Assembly (NCBI GenBank): GCA_045586595.1
Contig: JAZNAQ010000031.1
Span: 36,143 to 100,142, forward strand
From: Eubacteriales bacterium
GTDB lineage: Bacteria; Bacillota; Clostridia; Oscillospirales; JAAYXM01
DNA length: 64,000 nucleotides
Reading direction: 5' to 3'
Below are positions 1-10,111 of the stretch, piece after piece (the stretch's first letter is position 1; each line of letters begins with the position of its first letter). A program made the position numbers and the translations under genes. The notes under the pieces were generated by a model, which was not told where the DNA came from, did no database searches, and saw only the letters and a list, made by a program, of their open reading frames with translations.

Positions 1-1012
1 CGGTTGCGTTCTGGAGCGCTTCAATGGCACGGCACAACCGCATATTATCAAATTTATCAGAAAGAGTTTTAAGCTCACCGTCAGTGTACCTCGCGCTGAG
101 GCGCGGCAGGCTTTCTCCCTCTGCAGTTTTTATTATTAGAACATCGCGGAAAACCTCGGCAAGCTCTGTCAGCACAGAGGTGAGGTTCTTACCGCTTGTA
201 TATATATCGTTTAAGAACGTGAGTGTTTTGCCTAAATCACGCTCGGCAACAGCCAGCGCCATATCAAATGTTTGCTTTCTGCCGGCGAGCCCTACAACAT
301 TTTCAACCGTCTCTGCCGTGACTGTTCCGTCACCTACAGATATACACTGGTCTAAAAGCGAGAGCGCGTCACGCATAGCCCCATCAGAGAGCGATGCTAT
401 GTAGCTCGCCGCATCGTCCGAGAGTTCTGCACCTTCGCTTCTCGATATAAACTGCAGCCTTTCCGCAATAGCCGATAAGGGTATTCTTTTAAATATAAAC
501 CGCTGACAGCGCGAGGCTATTGTCGCGGGCACCTTATGCAGCTCGGTTGTTGCAAGAATGAACACAACGTGCTCGGGAGGCTCCTCCATTATCTTAAGAA
601 GCGCATTGAACGCGCTTGTTGAGAACATATGAACCTCGTCGATTATATACACGCGTTTTTTTACATTTGCAGGCGAGTATATCGCCTCATCTCGCAGGTC
701 ACGCACATAATCAACACCGTTATTTGAGGCTGCGTCAATCTCTACAACATCAAGTATCTCACCGCCCGTAATACCAAGGCACGACGGACATTTGTTGCAA
801 GGGTTGCCGTGAAACGGGTTTTCACAGTTGATTGCCTTTGAGAGAATTTTTGCACAGGTAGTCTTGCCCGTTCCGCGCGAGCCTGAAAACAAATATGCGT
901 GTGACGTTTTCCCTGTTTCAACCTGTTTTGTGAGCGTGTCGCATACTGCTGACTGCCCCACAACATCGGCAAAGGACTGTGGACGCCACTTTCGATACAG
1001 CGCTTGATACAT
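1..1012 (-). CDS. dnaX: DNA polymerase III subunit gamma/tau (N-terminal part, C-terminus beyond window edge)
   Basis: Minus-strand translation from ATG at 1012..1010 reads MYQALYRKWRPQSFADVVGQ...SGSRGTGKTTCAKILSKAINC...CNKCPSC...VYIIDEVHMFS. This shows the Walker A motif, Zn-module cysteines and clamp-loader DEVH box. The frame is open to position 1, so it is absent from the ORF track. RBS AGAGGT lies upstream. Confidence 0.9.
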   Translation of the reverse strand, partial: MYQALYRKWRPQSFADVVGQSAVCDTLTKQVETGKTSHAYLFSGSRGTGKTTCAKILSKAINCENPFHGNPCNKCPSCLGITGGEILDVVEIDAASNNGVDYVRDLRDEAIYSPANVKKRVYIIDEVHMFSTSAFNALLKIMEEPPEHVVFILATTELHKVPATIASRCQRFIFKRIPLSAIAERLQFISRSEGAELSDDAASYIASLSDGAMRDALSLLDQCISVGDGTVTAETVENVVGLAGRKQTFDMALAVAERDLGKTLTFLNDIYTSGKNLTSVLTELAEVFRDVLIIKTAEGESLPRLSARYTDGELKTLSDKFDNMRLCRAIEALQNAT

Positions 1013-1045
1013 GAACATCTACCTCTGCTTAACTATTATTGTTTT

Positions 1046-1339
1046 GACCCATCGCACGACCGCACACCCATACCTCGACAACAGCAACATGTGCGGAATT
1101 TATGCAGGCAGCTCAAGGCCGGCACACCCGCGGCACACGAAGTAAACCGCTTAATGCTGCTCGGTTCCCCGCCTGACATGGTTCACAGCCCTTCGCTGCG
1201 CGGGACCGACCTCTCAACACTGCATACATAACCCTGCCACACGCCTCTGCGCCTCAATACAGGAATTCACCCCTGCTATAGCGGATTGCAGGTACAGGGC
1301 ACCGCTGACTCCCCGGATAGTGCGGTCTTGCGACGGGCC
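1046..1339 (-). ncRNA. ffs: Signal recognition particle RNA, long Bacillus-type (scRNA) with Alu-like domain
   Basis: The minus strand contains GUGAACCAUGUCAGGCGGGGAACCGAGCAGCAUUAAGCGG, resembling the conserved domain IV region of B. subtilis scRNA. The 5' end CCCGUCGCAAGACCGCAC pairs with the 3' end GUGCGGUCGUGCGAUGGG. It sits directly upstream of dnaX, as in Bacillus. Confidence 0.8.
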
Positions 1340-1355
1340 AAAACTCTTTTGTTTA

Positions 1356-2366
1356 TTATAAAAGCTTTATGCCGTGGTCCTTGCAGATTTCAACATCTGC
1401 CTTCGGCCATACGGAGGACTGAACCTCGCCTATATGCGCACAGTCAAGCATGAACATACACAGCCTTGACTGGCCAATACCGCCTCCGATTGTGTACGGA
1501 AGCTCACCATTTACAAGTGCTTTCTGGAACGGGAGCTCGAGTCTGTCTTCACAGCCCTCTTCCTTAAGCTGGCGGACAAGTGCCTCTTCGTCAACTCGTA
1601 TACCCATTGACGATATTTCAAACGCGCAGTCGAGAAGCGGATAGTAAAGCACAATATCGCCGTTTAAATCCCAGTCGTCATAGTCCGGAGCTCTGCCGTC
1701 GTGTTTGCCGCCCGAGCGAAGCTTGCCGCCTATCTGGGTAATAAACACTGCGCCGTGCTTCTTTGCAATTTCGCGCTCGCGCTCACGAGAAGTAAGCTCG
1801 GGGAACATCGCCTCAAGCTCATAAGTCGAGACGAACGTTATTTCATCAGGGAGCTTTTTCTGTGTGCCGAACTTATCTGCTACCTCACGCTCTGCATCGC
1901 GCACAACCTCATATATTTTGCGCACAACCTCATATAAAAATTCTTGTTTGCGGTCTTGTTTATCAATTACAAGTTCCCAGTCCCACTGGTCTACATAGAT
2001 GGAGTGAAGGTTATCTGTCATTTCGTCGCGACGGATTGCGTTCATGTCTGTATACAGACCTTCTCCAACCGCAAAACCATAGTTTTTAAGTGCCATTCGC
2101 TTCCACTTTGCGAGCGAATGGACTATTTCATATACACTGCCTGGCTGTTCAAGCAAATCAAACACCACAGGGCGCTCAATTCCGTTTAAGTTATCGTTTA
2201 GGCCCATTCCGCTCTTTACAAAAAGCGGTGCGCTTACACGCTCGAGGTTGAGTGCCTTTGCAAGGCGAGCCTCGAACATATCCTTTATCATTTTAACACC
2301 GCGCTCTGTTTCGCGGATTGACATTTTTCTGTTATAGCCTTCGGGCAGTATAAGGCGTTCTTTCAT
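1356..2366 (-). CDS. asnA: Aspartate--ammonia ligase (asparagine synthetase A)
   Basis: 336 aa with AsnA signatures HSLAKWKR, VDQWDWE and GGGIGQSRL. RBS GAGAGG precedes the ATG. Confidence 0.9.
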   Translation of the reverse strand: MKERLILPEGYNRKMSIRETERGVKMIKDMFEARLAKALNLERVSAPLFVKSGMGLNDNLNGIERPVVFDLLEQPGSVYEIVHSLAKWKRMALKNYGFAVGEGLYTDMNAIRRDEMTDNLHSIYVDQWDWELVIDKQDRKQEFLYEVVRKIYEVVRDAEREVADKFGTQKKLPDEITFVSTYELEAMFPELTSREREREIAKKHGAVFITQIGGKLRSGGKHDGRAPDYDDWDLNGDIVLYYPLLDCAFEISSMGIRVDEEALVRQLKEEGCEDRLELPFQKALVNGELPYTIGGGIGQSRLCMFMLDCAHIGEVQSSVWPKADVEICKDHGIKLL

Positions 2367-2421
2367 AATGAATTACCTCTCAAGGCAACAGGGTTTTACC
2401 CCATGCCGTTTCTGTGCAGAA

Positions 2422-3750
2422 TTAGTACTTAATGAGATACCTGTTAACTTCCCATTCATGTACGGTGGTGGTATACTCTCTCCATTCGCGGCGTTTTGCT
2501 TCTATATACTTCGGTGCGATATGGTCGCCTATTGTTTCCATAAGAAGCTCATCGTTTTCAAACTCGTCGATGGCCTCGGAAAGGTTTGCGGGAAGCGCGT
2601 GGATATTATTCTCGCGAAGCTCACGCTTTGACATTTCGAAGATGTTTGACTCAACAGACGGAGGAGGTGTAAGGTTTTTCTTTATTCCGTCAAGGCCCGC
2701 AGCGAGAACTGCCGCAAATGCAAGATACGGGTTTGCAGCGGGGTCAGGGTTTCTTATTTCAATTCGTGTTCCCTCACCCGATGCGCTCGGTACTCGGATG
2801 AGCGGGCTTCTGTTCTTTGCCGACCACGCTATGTATATAGGTGCCTCATACCCTGCAACAAGGCGTTTGTATGAGTTGACTATCGGATTTGTAACAGCAC
2901 ACATACCGCGTGCATGCTCAATCACACCTGCGATAAAGCAATATGCCTCGCGGCTTAAACCAAGCTCATCTGACGGGTCGTAGAATGTGTTTTTGCCGTT
3001 TTTGGACAGTGATATATTTATATGCATTCCCGAGCCGCATATTCCGTAAATCGGCTTGGGCATGAATGTTGCATGGAGACCGTTTTTATGCGCTATCGTC
3101 TTTACAAGAAGCTTAAAGGTGATGATGTTGTCAGCCGTTGTGAGAGCTTCACCGTATTTGAAGTCTATCTCGTGCTGGCTTTCGGCATTCTCGTGGTGAG
3201 ACGCCTCAATCTCAAAGCCCATTTCCTCGAGATATTTGCACATCTCACGGCGGACATTCTCGTCTGTATCTACGGGGCCAAGGTCAAAATAGCCTGCGCG
3301 GTCATTCCTTATAGCAGTGGGCTTGCCCTGCTCATCTGTCTGGAAGAGAAAGAACTCTGCCTCTGGCCCGATGTTTACGGTATAGCCCATATCTGCCGCA
3401 TCCTGCAAAACCTTTTTGAGAACACAGCGCGGGTCACCCATAAACGGATTTCCGTTGGTGTCATATACATCACAGATAAGGCGAGCAACCTTTCCTCCGT
3501 CTTTTATCCACGGGAGAATTATAAATGAATTGAGGTCAGGCCGAAGGTACATATCGGACTCTTCAACGCGCACAAAGCCCTCGATTGACGAGCCGTCAAA
3601 CATACATTTGTTATCGAGCGCGCGGGAGAGCTGTCTGGCTGTAATTGAAATATTTTTCATTGTTCCGAAAATATCGGTAAACTGGAGACGGATGAATTTT
3701 ACATCTTCTTCTTTAACTATTCTTTCAATATCCTCACGCGTATAACCCAT
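2422..3750 (-). CDS. glnA: Glutamine synthetase, type I
   Basis: 442 aa. N-terminal [13 protein letters not shown] and the central and C-terminal regions are typical of Firmicute GlnA. RBS GGAGG. Confidence 0.92.
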   Translation of the reverse strand: MGYTREDIERIVKEEDVKFIRLQFTDIFGTMKNISITARQLSRALDNKCMFDGSSIEGFVRVEESDMYLRPDLNSFIILPWIKDGGKVARLICDVYDTNGNPFMGDPRCVLKKVLQDAADMGYTVNIGPEAEFFLFQTDEQGKPTAIRNDRAGYFDLGPVDTDENVRREMCKYLEEMGFEIEASHHENAESQHEIDFKYGEALTTADNIITFKLLVKTIAHKNGLHATFMPKPIYGICGSGMHINISLSKNGKNTFYDPSDELGLSREAYCFIAGVIEHARGMCAVTNPIVNSYKRLVAGYEAPIYIAWSAKNRSPLIRVPSASGEGTRIEIRNPDPAANPYLAFAAVLAAGLDGIKKNLTPPPSVESNIFEMSKRELRENNIHALPANLSEAIDEFENDELLMETIGDHIAPKYIEAKRREWREYTTTVHEWEVNRYLIKY

Positions 3751-3786
3751 GACTTACCTCCGTTTTTCTCATTCTAAATATTGTAT

Positions 3787-3815
3787 ATTTTACCATGTAT
3801 TTATATCTTTTTCAA
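3787..3815 (-). promoter_or_regulatory. Sigma-A type promoter for glnA (TTGAAA-17 nt-TAAAAT)
   Basis: The minus strand reads TTGAAAaagatataaatacatggTAAAAT, about 35 nt upstream of the glnA ATG in the 68-nt gap after the radical SAM gene. Confidence 0.5.
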
Positions 3816-3818
3816 CCC

Positions 3819-4829
3819 TTATTTAATGTGGTGAATGACTCTTACGTCTCCGTCGGGTATCTCCTCATCACCGTATATCATTACGTTCTCAAAGCCATAT
3901 TTTTGAGCGATATATTGTTTGTTTTTCTTTTTCTGACCGCTCATTGCCGATACTCGCCTGATATTTACACCTACAGTTAACTTGCCTCCGCGCATTCCTG
4001 CTTTTTCAATTTGTTGCTCGGCAAGATTTAAATATCTCTCCGAACGTGCCATTTCCCCGAGAGCGGGGTGGTATGCGCCGCAAAGTGCCTCGCCTCCGGA
4101 CAGGTCATCAGTCGGGTTTAATCCAAACCGGATAACGGGAATATTGTTTTGTTCAAATATACCGAGAAGCTTTCCTCCGAGACGTGCCGCCTCATCAGGC
4201 GTAGCAGGCGTATATTTGCCATCACGCCAAAGCTTTTCAAGTGCCGTATCGCGAACAACAACGGTAGGATATACCCTTACTCCATCAGGCGAAAGAGCCG
4301 CTATTGCCTCGGCTGTCGCGATGTCCTTTTCCTCATCTGAACCAGGAAGATGCGTCATCATCTGAAGTATGAGCTTAAACCCGTGTTTTTTTATAAGCTT
4401 TACGGCATTTAACGTGTCATTGACTGTGTGCCCTCGCCCGGATTTTTCAAGCACACCGTCAATCATTGACTGCGTACCGAGTTCTATTGTATCTACACCA
4501 TACTGTTTGAGTATTGAAAGTCTTTCTTCATCAATGCAGTCAGGCCTGGTCGAGAGGCGTATTCCGCTTACTTTCCCGCTGTCGATAAACCCTTTTACCG
4601 CAGAAAGATATTCTATCATCAATACAGGCTCAATCGCGGTAAAGCTTCCGCCGTAAAACGCAACCTGTGGCTTATTATCGCCGGTTTTCCCTAACGCCTC
4701 AGCTATAGTTGCCTTTACATCCTCACCGCCGGGTACCGAAGTGCAGCCTGCTATCTTTTTCTGATTGCAGAACACACAGTCATGCGGGCAACCGACATGC
4801 GGTATGAATACAGGAATGATGGACGGCAT
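3819..4829 (-). CDS. Radical SAM protein (Elp3-like N-terminal radical SAM domain family)
   Basis: 336 aa with the CPHDCVFC (CxxxCxxC) cluster motif near the N-terminus. The ATG overlaps the rnc stop (TAATG). Confidence 0.75.
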   Translation of the reverse strand: MPSIIPVFIPHVGCPHDCVFCNQKKIAGCTSVPGGEDVKATIAEALGKTGDNKPQVAFYGGSFTAIEPVLMIEYLSAVKGFIDSGKVSGIRLSTRPDCIDEERLSILKQYGVDTIELGTQSMIDGVLEKSGRGHTVNDTLNAVKLIKKHGFKLILQMMTHLPGSDEEKDIATAEAIAALSPDGVRVYPTVVVRDTALEKLWRDGKYTPATPDEAARLGGKLLGIFEQNNIPVIRFGLNPTDDLSGGEALCGAYHPALGEMARSERYLNLAEQQIEKAGMRGGKLTVGVNIRRVSAMSGQKKKNKQYIAQKYGFENVMIYGDEEIPDGDVRVIHHIK

Positions 4830-5530
4830 TATTCCATCCCCATAAGCTTTAGAGCTTCTCTTGCCGCCATCTGCTCGGCCTCTTTCTTGCTTCTGCCAAA
4901 GCCTGTGCCGATATGGTTGCTGTTTATCATAACCTCAACGGTAAAGCTACGCTCATGGTCAGGACCGTTTGACTCTAAAACGCGATATGAGAGCATCTCT
5001 CCGCGGTTTTTTTGAACTATCTCCTGAAGCGTTGTTTTATAGTCGGTCACACTCCACTCTCCGCCCTTTTCTGCATCAAAAACAAAGCGTTTTATGAACG
5101 CACGCGCACTTTCTTCTCCCGAGTCAAGGTATATTGCTCCAATTACAGCTTCAAATGCGTCTGCAAGAATGGATGCACGCTCGCGGCCGCCGCCGCTCTC
5201 CTCACCATGTCCGAGACGGAGCTCTTCTCCCAAGTTTATAGCCTTTGCTCTCTCACACAATGCACCTGTGCAAACCAGAGATGAACGCATTTTGGTGAGC
5301 TCACCCTCAGGCTCTTCAGGATATTTGTTAAACAGATAGAGTGCCGTATTCATACCCAGCACCGAATCACCTAGGAACTCCAGGCGCTCGTTATCTTCCA
5401 CACCCAAGGCGCGGTTTTCGTTAGCGTACGAACTGTGAGTAAGCGCACGCTCAAGCAGGGCAATATTGCGAAACTTATACCCTATTTCATTTTGAAATTT
5501 AATTAAGTTGTTTTTAGGAGATTTATTCAT
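4829..5530 (-). CDS. rnc: Ribonuclease III
   Basis: Carries the RNase III signature ERLEFLGDSVL and a C-terminal dsRBD (GSGRSKKEAEQ-like FGRSKKEAEQMAA). The ORF extends to 5551 (TTG), but the ATG at 5530 has better spacing to AGAGGGA. It overlaps the plsX stop. Confidence 0.9.
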   Translation of the reverse strand: MNKSPKNNLIKFQNEIGYKFRNIALLERALTHSSYANENRALGVEDNERLEFLGDSVLGMNTALYLFNKYPEEPEGELTKMRSSLVCTGALCERAKAINLGEELRLGHGEESGGGRERASILADAFEAVIGAIYLDSGEESARAFIKRFVFDAEKGGEWSVTDYKTTLQEIVQKNRGEMLSYRVLESNGPDHERSFTVEVMINSNHIGTGFGRSKKEAEQMAAREALKLMGME

Positions 5531-6548
5531 CAGACTCATTTCCCTCTGCAAGGCTTTGAGATATTTTTATTGTCATGCCGGAATCGACATAATCTATCGC
5601 TTGTATTATGCAGTGATAAATCGCAACGGAATTCGCAGAGCCGTGCGCCTTGATAACAGGCTTTCTTACGCCGAGAAGCGGCGCACCGCCGGCACTGTTA
5701 TAATCTATTTTTTTCTTAAATCCGCCTATATTATTCTTCACAAGGAGAGCTGCGAGCTTGCCCTTTGTTGAGCTCATAAACATATTCTTGAGCTCACGGG
5801 CAAAGAACATTCCTATACCCTCCATTGTCTTAAGGTATATATTACCCGAGAAGCCGTCTGCTACAATAACATCTGCGCTGCCCAAAGGACCGTCACGACC
5901 TTCGATATTTCCGATAAAATTAATAATGCCTTTATCGCCTGCCGCACGAAGAAGTTTATATGCCTCCTGATGAACAGAGTCTCCCTTGTGTTCCTCGGCA
6001 CCGTTGTTTAAAAGACCTACTCTCGGGGCCTTTATGCCGAGTGCGCGTTCTGCATAAAACGAGCCCAAAAGCGCAAATTGGTACAGATATTCAGGGGTAC
6101 ACTCTGCGTTTGCACCACTGTCAATAAGCACTGAAATACCCGTGGCTGTAGGCGTTATCGGAGCAAGCGCTGCACGGCGGATGCCCTTTATCCTTTTTAA
6201 AATAAGCGTTGCCTGCGTAAGCAGCGCACCTGTGCTCCCACCTGAGACAAGTGCATCGCCGCGGCCTTCTGCAAGGGCCTTCATTGCGACTGTCATAGAC
6301 GAGTCAGGCTTTTCCTTCATAACGCGAAGCGGGTCATCGTTCATGTGGACAACCTCACTTGCATTAACTATGCTTATATTCTTTCTGTATTTTCCGTTGG
6401 GGTCCTCGCTCTTGAGAAGCTGTGTCAGTTCGTCTTCATTTCCGACAAGAACTATATCCACATCAAGCTCTTCAGTAGCAAGAACTGCTCCTTTTACGAA
6501 CTCGCGGGCACCGTTGTCGCTTCCCATTGTATCAAGTATTATTCTCAT
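5523..6548 (-). CDS. plsX: Phosphate acyltransferase PlsX
   Basis: 341 aa. MRIILDTMGSDNG and the rest of the sequence are typical of PlsX. Confidence 0.9.
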   Translation of the reverse strand: MRIILDTMGSDNGAREFVKGAVLATEELDVDIVLVGNEDELTQLLKSEDPNGKYRKNISIVNASEVVHMNDDPLRVMKEKPDSSMTVAMKALAEGRGDALVSGGSTGALLTQATLILKRIKGIRRAALAPITPTATGISVLIDSGANAECTPEYLYQFALLGSFYAERALGIKAPRVGLLNNGAEEHKGDSVHQEAYKLLRAAGDKGIINFIGNIEGRDGPLGSADVIVADGFSGNIYLKTMEGIGMFFARELKNMFMSSTKGKLAALLVKNNIGGFKKKIDYNSAGGAPLLGVRKPVIKAHGSANSVAIYHCIIQAIDYVDSGMTIKISQSLAEGNESDE

Positions 6549-6551
6549 ACC

Positions 6552-7874
6552 TTATTTCTCCCCTATCTTTTCAGCCAGCTCATCTATTATATTGAGCGAA
6601 CGCGCGGCAATGGCTGCATTTTTTTCTTTTTTTGCCTTAATTCTAATTTCAAGCGGAGTAATTATCCCAAAGTTTATGTTCATCGGCTGAAAATCCCCGA
6701 CGCTGCCTGAGCTTACATATGTACCCAGCGCGCCTATAGCCGTTGTCTGCGTAAAAATTGGCGCTTCTTTTCCTCGCAGCTTGCATGCAAGAGTGAGCCC
6801 CGCAAGAAGCCCTGAAGATGCAGATTCGACATATCCCTCAACGCCGGTCATCTGCCCTGCAAAATATAGGTTTTCATCGCCCTTGACTGAGAAATCGGCA
6901 TTTAAAAGCCCGGGTGATTTTATATATGTGTTTCTGTGCATTACGCCGTAGCGCACAAATTCTGCATTTGAAAGCCCCGGTATCATAGAAAACACCCGCT
7001 TCTGTTCGCCGAATTTAAGATGTGTCTGAAACCCGACTATATTATACAGCGTTCCCTCTTGGTTATCGCGCCTAAGCTGAACTACAGCATACGGTGTCTC
7101 CCCTGTTTTTGGGTCACGCAGGCCAACCGGCTTGAGCGGCCCGAAACGAAGAGTGTCATATCCTCGTCTTGCCATTACCTCTACCGGCATACAGCCCTCG
7201 AATACCCTTTCGTCCTCAAACCCATGTACTTCTGCCTCTTGCGCAGTAACAAGAGCTTCTAAAAACAGGCGGTACTCATCTTCTGTCATTGGGCAATTTA
7301 TATAGTCAGCAGTGCCTTTATCATAACGCGATTTGAAATATGCGCGCTCCATATCTATACTGTCATATGTTACAATAGGCGCAGCAGCATCAAAAAAACC
7401 AAGGAATGCATCCCCGCCGAAATATTCTCGAATTGATTCTGCAAGAGAGTCTGATGTAAGCGGGCCTGTTGCTACAATAATCGGGCGCTCTTTAGGCAGC
7501 TCTTCAATTTCTCGCTCCTCTACCGTAATATTCTCATGTGTGCGTATTTTTTCGGTAATATACGCCGAAAACCTCTCGCGGTCTACAGCAAGTGCTCCGC
7601 CCGCAGGAGTACGGTTTGCATCTGCCGCCTGCATAACCAAAGAGCCAAGCCTTCTCATTTCTTCCTTGAGAAGCCCTACTGCATTTTCGATGCCTGCGGC
7701 TCTTAGCGAGTTTGAACACACAAGCTCGGCAAAGTTTTCTGATTTATGCGCAGGGGTAAGCTTCTTTGGCTTCATTTCACAGAGCGTAACAGAAATCCCG
7801 TGCTGAGCAAGCTGCCATGCCGCTTCGCACCCTGCAAGCCCTGCTCCTATAACATATGCCTTACTCATTTTCAC
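6552..7874 (-). CDS. trmFO: Methylenetetrahydrofolate--tRNA-(uracil-5)-methyltransferase TrmFO
   Basis: 440 aa with FAD-binding [14 protein letters not shown] and SNSLRA. The ORF starts at GTG 7874, overlapping the topA stop. An ATG at 7868 is an alternative start. Confidence 0.9.
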   Translation of the reverse strand: MKMSKAYVIGAGLAGCEAAWQLAQHGISVTLCEMKPKKLTPAHKSENFAELVCSNSLRAAGIENAVGLLKEEMRRLGSLVMQAADANRTPAGGALAVDRERFSAYITEKIRTHENITVEEREIEELPKERPIIVATGPLTSDSLAESIREYFGGDAFLGFFDAAAPIVTYDSIDMERAYFKSRYDKGTADYINCPMTEDEYRLFLEALVTAQEAEVHGFEDERVFEGCMPVEVMARRGYDTLRFGPLKPVGLRDPKTGETPYAVVQLRRDNQEGTLYNIVGFQTHLKFGEQKRVFSMIPGLSNAEFVRYGVMHRNTYIKSPGLLNADFSVKGDENLYFAGQMTGVEGYVESASSGLLAGLTLACKLRGKEAPIFTQTTAIGALGTYVSSGSVGDFQPMNINFGIITPLEIRIKAKKEKNAAIAARSLNIIDELAEKIGEK

Positions 7875-10084
7875 TCACTTTTTTCTGCCTTTTTTGTTGT
7901 TTTCTTGGCTGTACTTTTCTTTGCCGCAGTCTTCTTGGACGTTGTCTTTTTCACAGTCTTTTTTGTTGTCTTCTTTTCTGTCTCAGACTTTTTCTTATAT
8001 TCCTGCGGCTCATATCTCTCACATTCGGGGTTTGCGCAAAAGGCTTTTTTCGGGCCTCTTCCCGAACGCTTATACATTGTCTTTCCGCAGACCTCACACT
8101 TAGCTTCCTGCGGAACATCCCACGTCATAAACGTACACTCGGGGAACTTTTCACAGCCGTAGTACCAGTACCCGTTTTTAGACTTCTTCTTGAGTATCTG
8201 ACCGCCGCAGTTCGGGCATTCTCCCGGCGTTTTTTCGACTATTGCCTTTGTGTTCTTACACTCCGGAAAACCCGGGCATGCAAGAAATTTTCCGAACCTG
8301 CCGGATTTTACAACCATGTTTCTTCCGCACTGCTCGCAGACAATATCCGTCACCTCATCGGGAACCTTAAGGCGTTTTCCTTCGAGCGCGTGCTCAGCTG
8401 CTTCAAGCTCCCTGGCAAACGGGCCGTAAAAGTCTGAAAGCGTCTGCTTCCAATCTTTCTTGCCGGCTTCGACGTCATCAAGTGTCTCTTCCATATGTGC
8501 TGTAAACTCAACATCTACTATATCGCTGAACTGCTCGACCATGAGCCCGTTTACCACCTCGCCGAGCGGGGTAGGCATGAGGCTCTTGCCCTCTTTTATT
8601 ACATATTCGCGGTTAAGTATTGTTGAAATAGTCGGTGCGTAGGTACTCGGGCGACCTACACCCTTTTCTTCCATTGCCTTAATAAGGCTTCCGTCTGTAT
8701 AGCGTGCCGGAGGCGAAGTGAAGTGCTGTTCGCTCTTTTCGCCCTCAAACTTAAGCGGCTCGTTCTCAACAAGGTCTGGCAAATTGTTTGCCTCGGCCTC
8801 TTCCTGCTCTGCAGCCATATCTGAATATACTGCAGTGTATCCGCGGAAAGCAATGCGCGAGCTTGTCGCACGGAATATATATTCTCCCGCGCCTATATCT
8901 ACGCTCATTGTATCATATACAGCACTTTCCATCTGGCATGCGACAAAGCGCGACCAAATTATGCGATAGAGCTTGTACTGGTCGGAGCTGAGGCTTTTCT
9001 TTATCATTTCGGGAGTGAGCCTTACATCCGACGGGCGTATTGCCTCATGCGCGTCCTGAGCGCTCTTTTTTGTCTTGAATACACGGCGTGTTTTCGGGCA
9101 GAAGCTCTCTCCGTAGGTTTCTGTTATATAGTTTCTAACAGCATAAACCGCCTCGTCAGCAAGCCTTAACGAGTCAGTTCTCATATATGTTATAAGACCT
9201 GTCGAGCCTATACCTTCTATATCTACACCTTCATACAACTGCTGTGCAATAGTCATCGTGCGGCTGGGAGACATGCCGAAACGTCGCGATGCCTCCTGCT
9301 GGAGCGTCGATGTAATAAACGGAGGTACGGGCGAGCGTTTTTTCTGCCCGCGCTTTAATGATTTTACATAAAAGTCCGCAGTCTTGACGCTTTCAATTAT
9401 CTTGTCTGTCTCCTCCGCACTTGCCGGTTCTATCTTTTTCTTCTCGGTGCCGTGGAATTTCGCAGTAAATCTGTCCTCATTGGGAGCAATGCGTGAAAAA
9501 TCGGCGTCTATTGTCCAGAATTCACGCGGGACAAACTCGCGTATCTCATTCTCTCTGTCAATTACAAGGCGTGTTGCAACAGACTGAACACGGCCTGCCG
9601 AGAGCCCGTAACGCACCTTCTTCCAGAGCAGTGGCGAGAGCTTATAGCCAACAATTCGATCAAGAAGTCTTCTTGCCTGCTGAGCGTTTACGAGGTTCTC
9701 GTCTATGTCACGTGGTTTTTTTATCCCCTCAACAATAGCGTTCTTCGTAATCTCGTTAAAGGTTACTCGCTTTGTCTTCTTTTCATCAAGCCCTAAAAGC
9801 TCCTTCAGATGCCACGAAATGGCCTCTCCCTCGCGGTCAGGGTCAGTTGCAAGGTATATTGCATCGCTTTCTTCTGCAAGCGCGCGAAGTTCCTTTATAA
9901 GCGCGCTTTTCCCCCTTATTGCGAGATATTTCGGTACGAAACCGCCCTCAATATCAATTCCTATATCACTTTTGGGAAGATCACGCAAATGCCCCATAGA
10001 AGCCTTTACCTTATACTTGCTCCCAAGGTGCTTGCCGATTGTTTTAACCTTTGTCGGTGACTCCACTATTACAAGATATGACAT
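7871..10084 (-). CDS. topA: DNA topoisomerase I with three C-terminal Zn ribbons and a Lys-rich tail
   Basis: 737 aa with a TOPRIM N-terminus ([13 protein letters not shown]), the active-site region and three CxxC...C..C ribbons. It ends in [41 protein letters not shown]. Confidence 0.93.
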   Translation of the reverse strand: MSYLVIVESPTKVKTIGKHLGSKYKVKASMGHLRDLPKSDIGIDIEGGFVPKYLAIRGKSALIKELRALAEESDAIYLATDPDREGEAISWHLKELLGLDEKKTKRVTFNEITKNAIVEGIKKPRDIDENLVNAQQARRLLDRIVGYKLSPLLWKKVRYGLSAGRVQSVATRLVIDRENEIREFVPREFWTIDADFSRIAPNEDRFTAKFHGTEKKKIEPASAEETDKIIESVKTADFYVKSLKRGQKKRSPVPPFITSTLQQEASRRFGMSPSRTMTIAQQLYEGVDIEGIGSTGLITYMRTDSLRLADEAVYAVRNYITETYGESFCPKTRRVFKTKKSAQDAHEAIRPSDVRLTPEMIKKSLSSDQYKLYRIIWSRFVACQMESAVYDTMSVDIGAGEYIFRATSSRIAFRGYTAVYSDMAAEQEEAEANNLPDLVENEPLKFEGEKSEQHFTSPPARYTDGSLIKAMEEKGVGRPSTYAPTISTILNREYVIKEGKSLMPTPLGEVVNGLMVEQFSDIVDVEFTAHMEETLDDVEAGKKDWKQTLSDFYGPFARELEAAEHALEGKRLKVPDEVTDIVCEQCGRNMVVKSGRFGKFLACPGFPECKNTKAIVEKTPGECPNCGGQILKKKSKNGYWYYGCEKFPECTFMTWDVPQEAKCEVCGKTMYKRSGRGPKKAFCANPECERYEPQEYKKKSETEKKTTKKTVKKTTSKKTAAKKSTAKKTTKKAEKSE

Positions 10085-10111
10085 ATGTTTGCTCCGTTTC
10101 TGCCGCTTTAT

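Noticed and set aside
1004-1231. 75-aa plus-strand ORF between dnaX and asnA.
   Set aside because: It lies entirely within the SRP RNA gene on the opposite strand and has no RBS. Its Pro/Arg/His-rich composition is typical of a chance ORF in structured GC-rich RNA.
7856-8437. 193-aa plus-strand ORF (Phe/Leu/Cys-rich) over the 3' end of topA.
   Set aside because: It is the mirror image of the lysine-repeat and Zn-ribbon coding region (AAA/AAG read as TTT/CTT) and is not a plausible protein.
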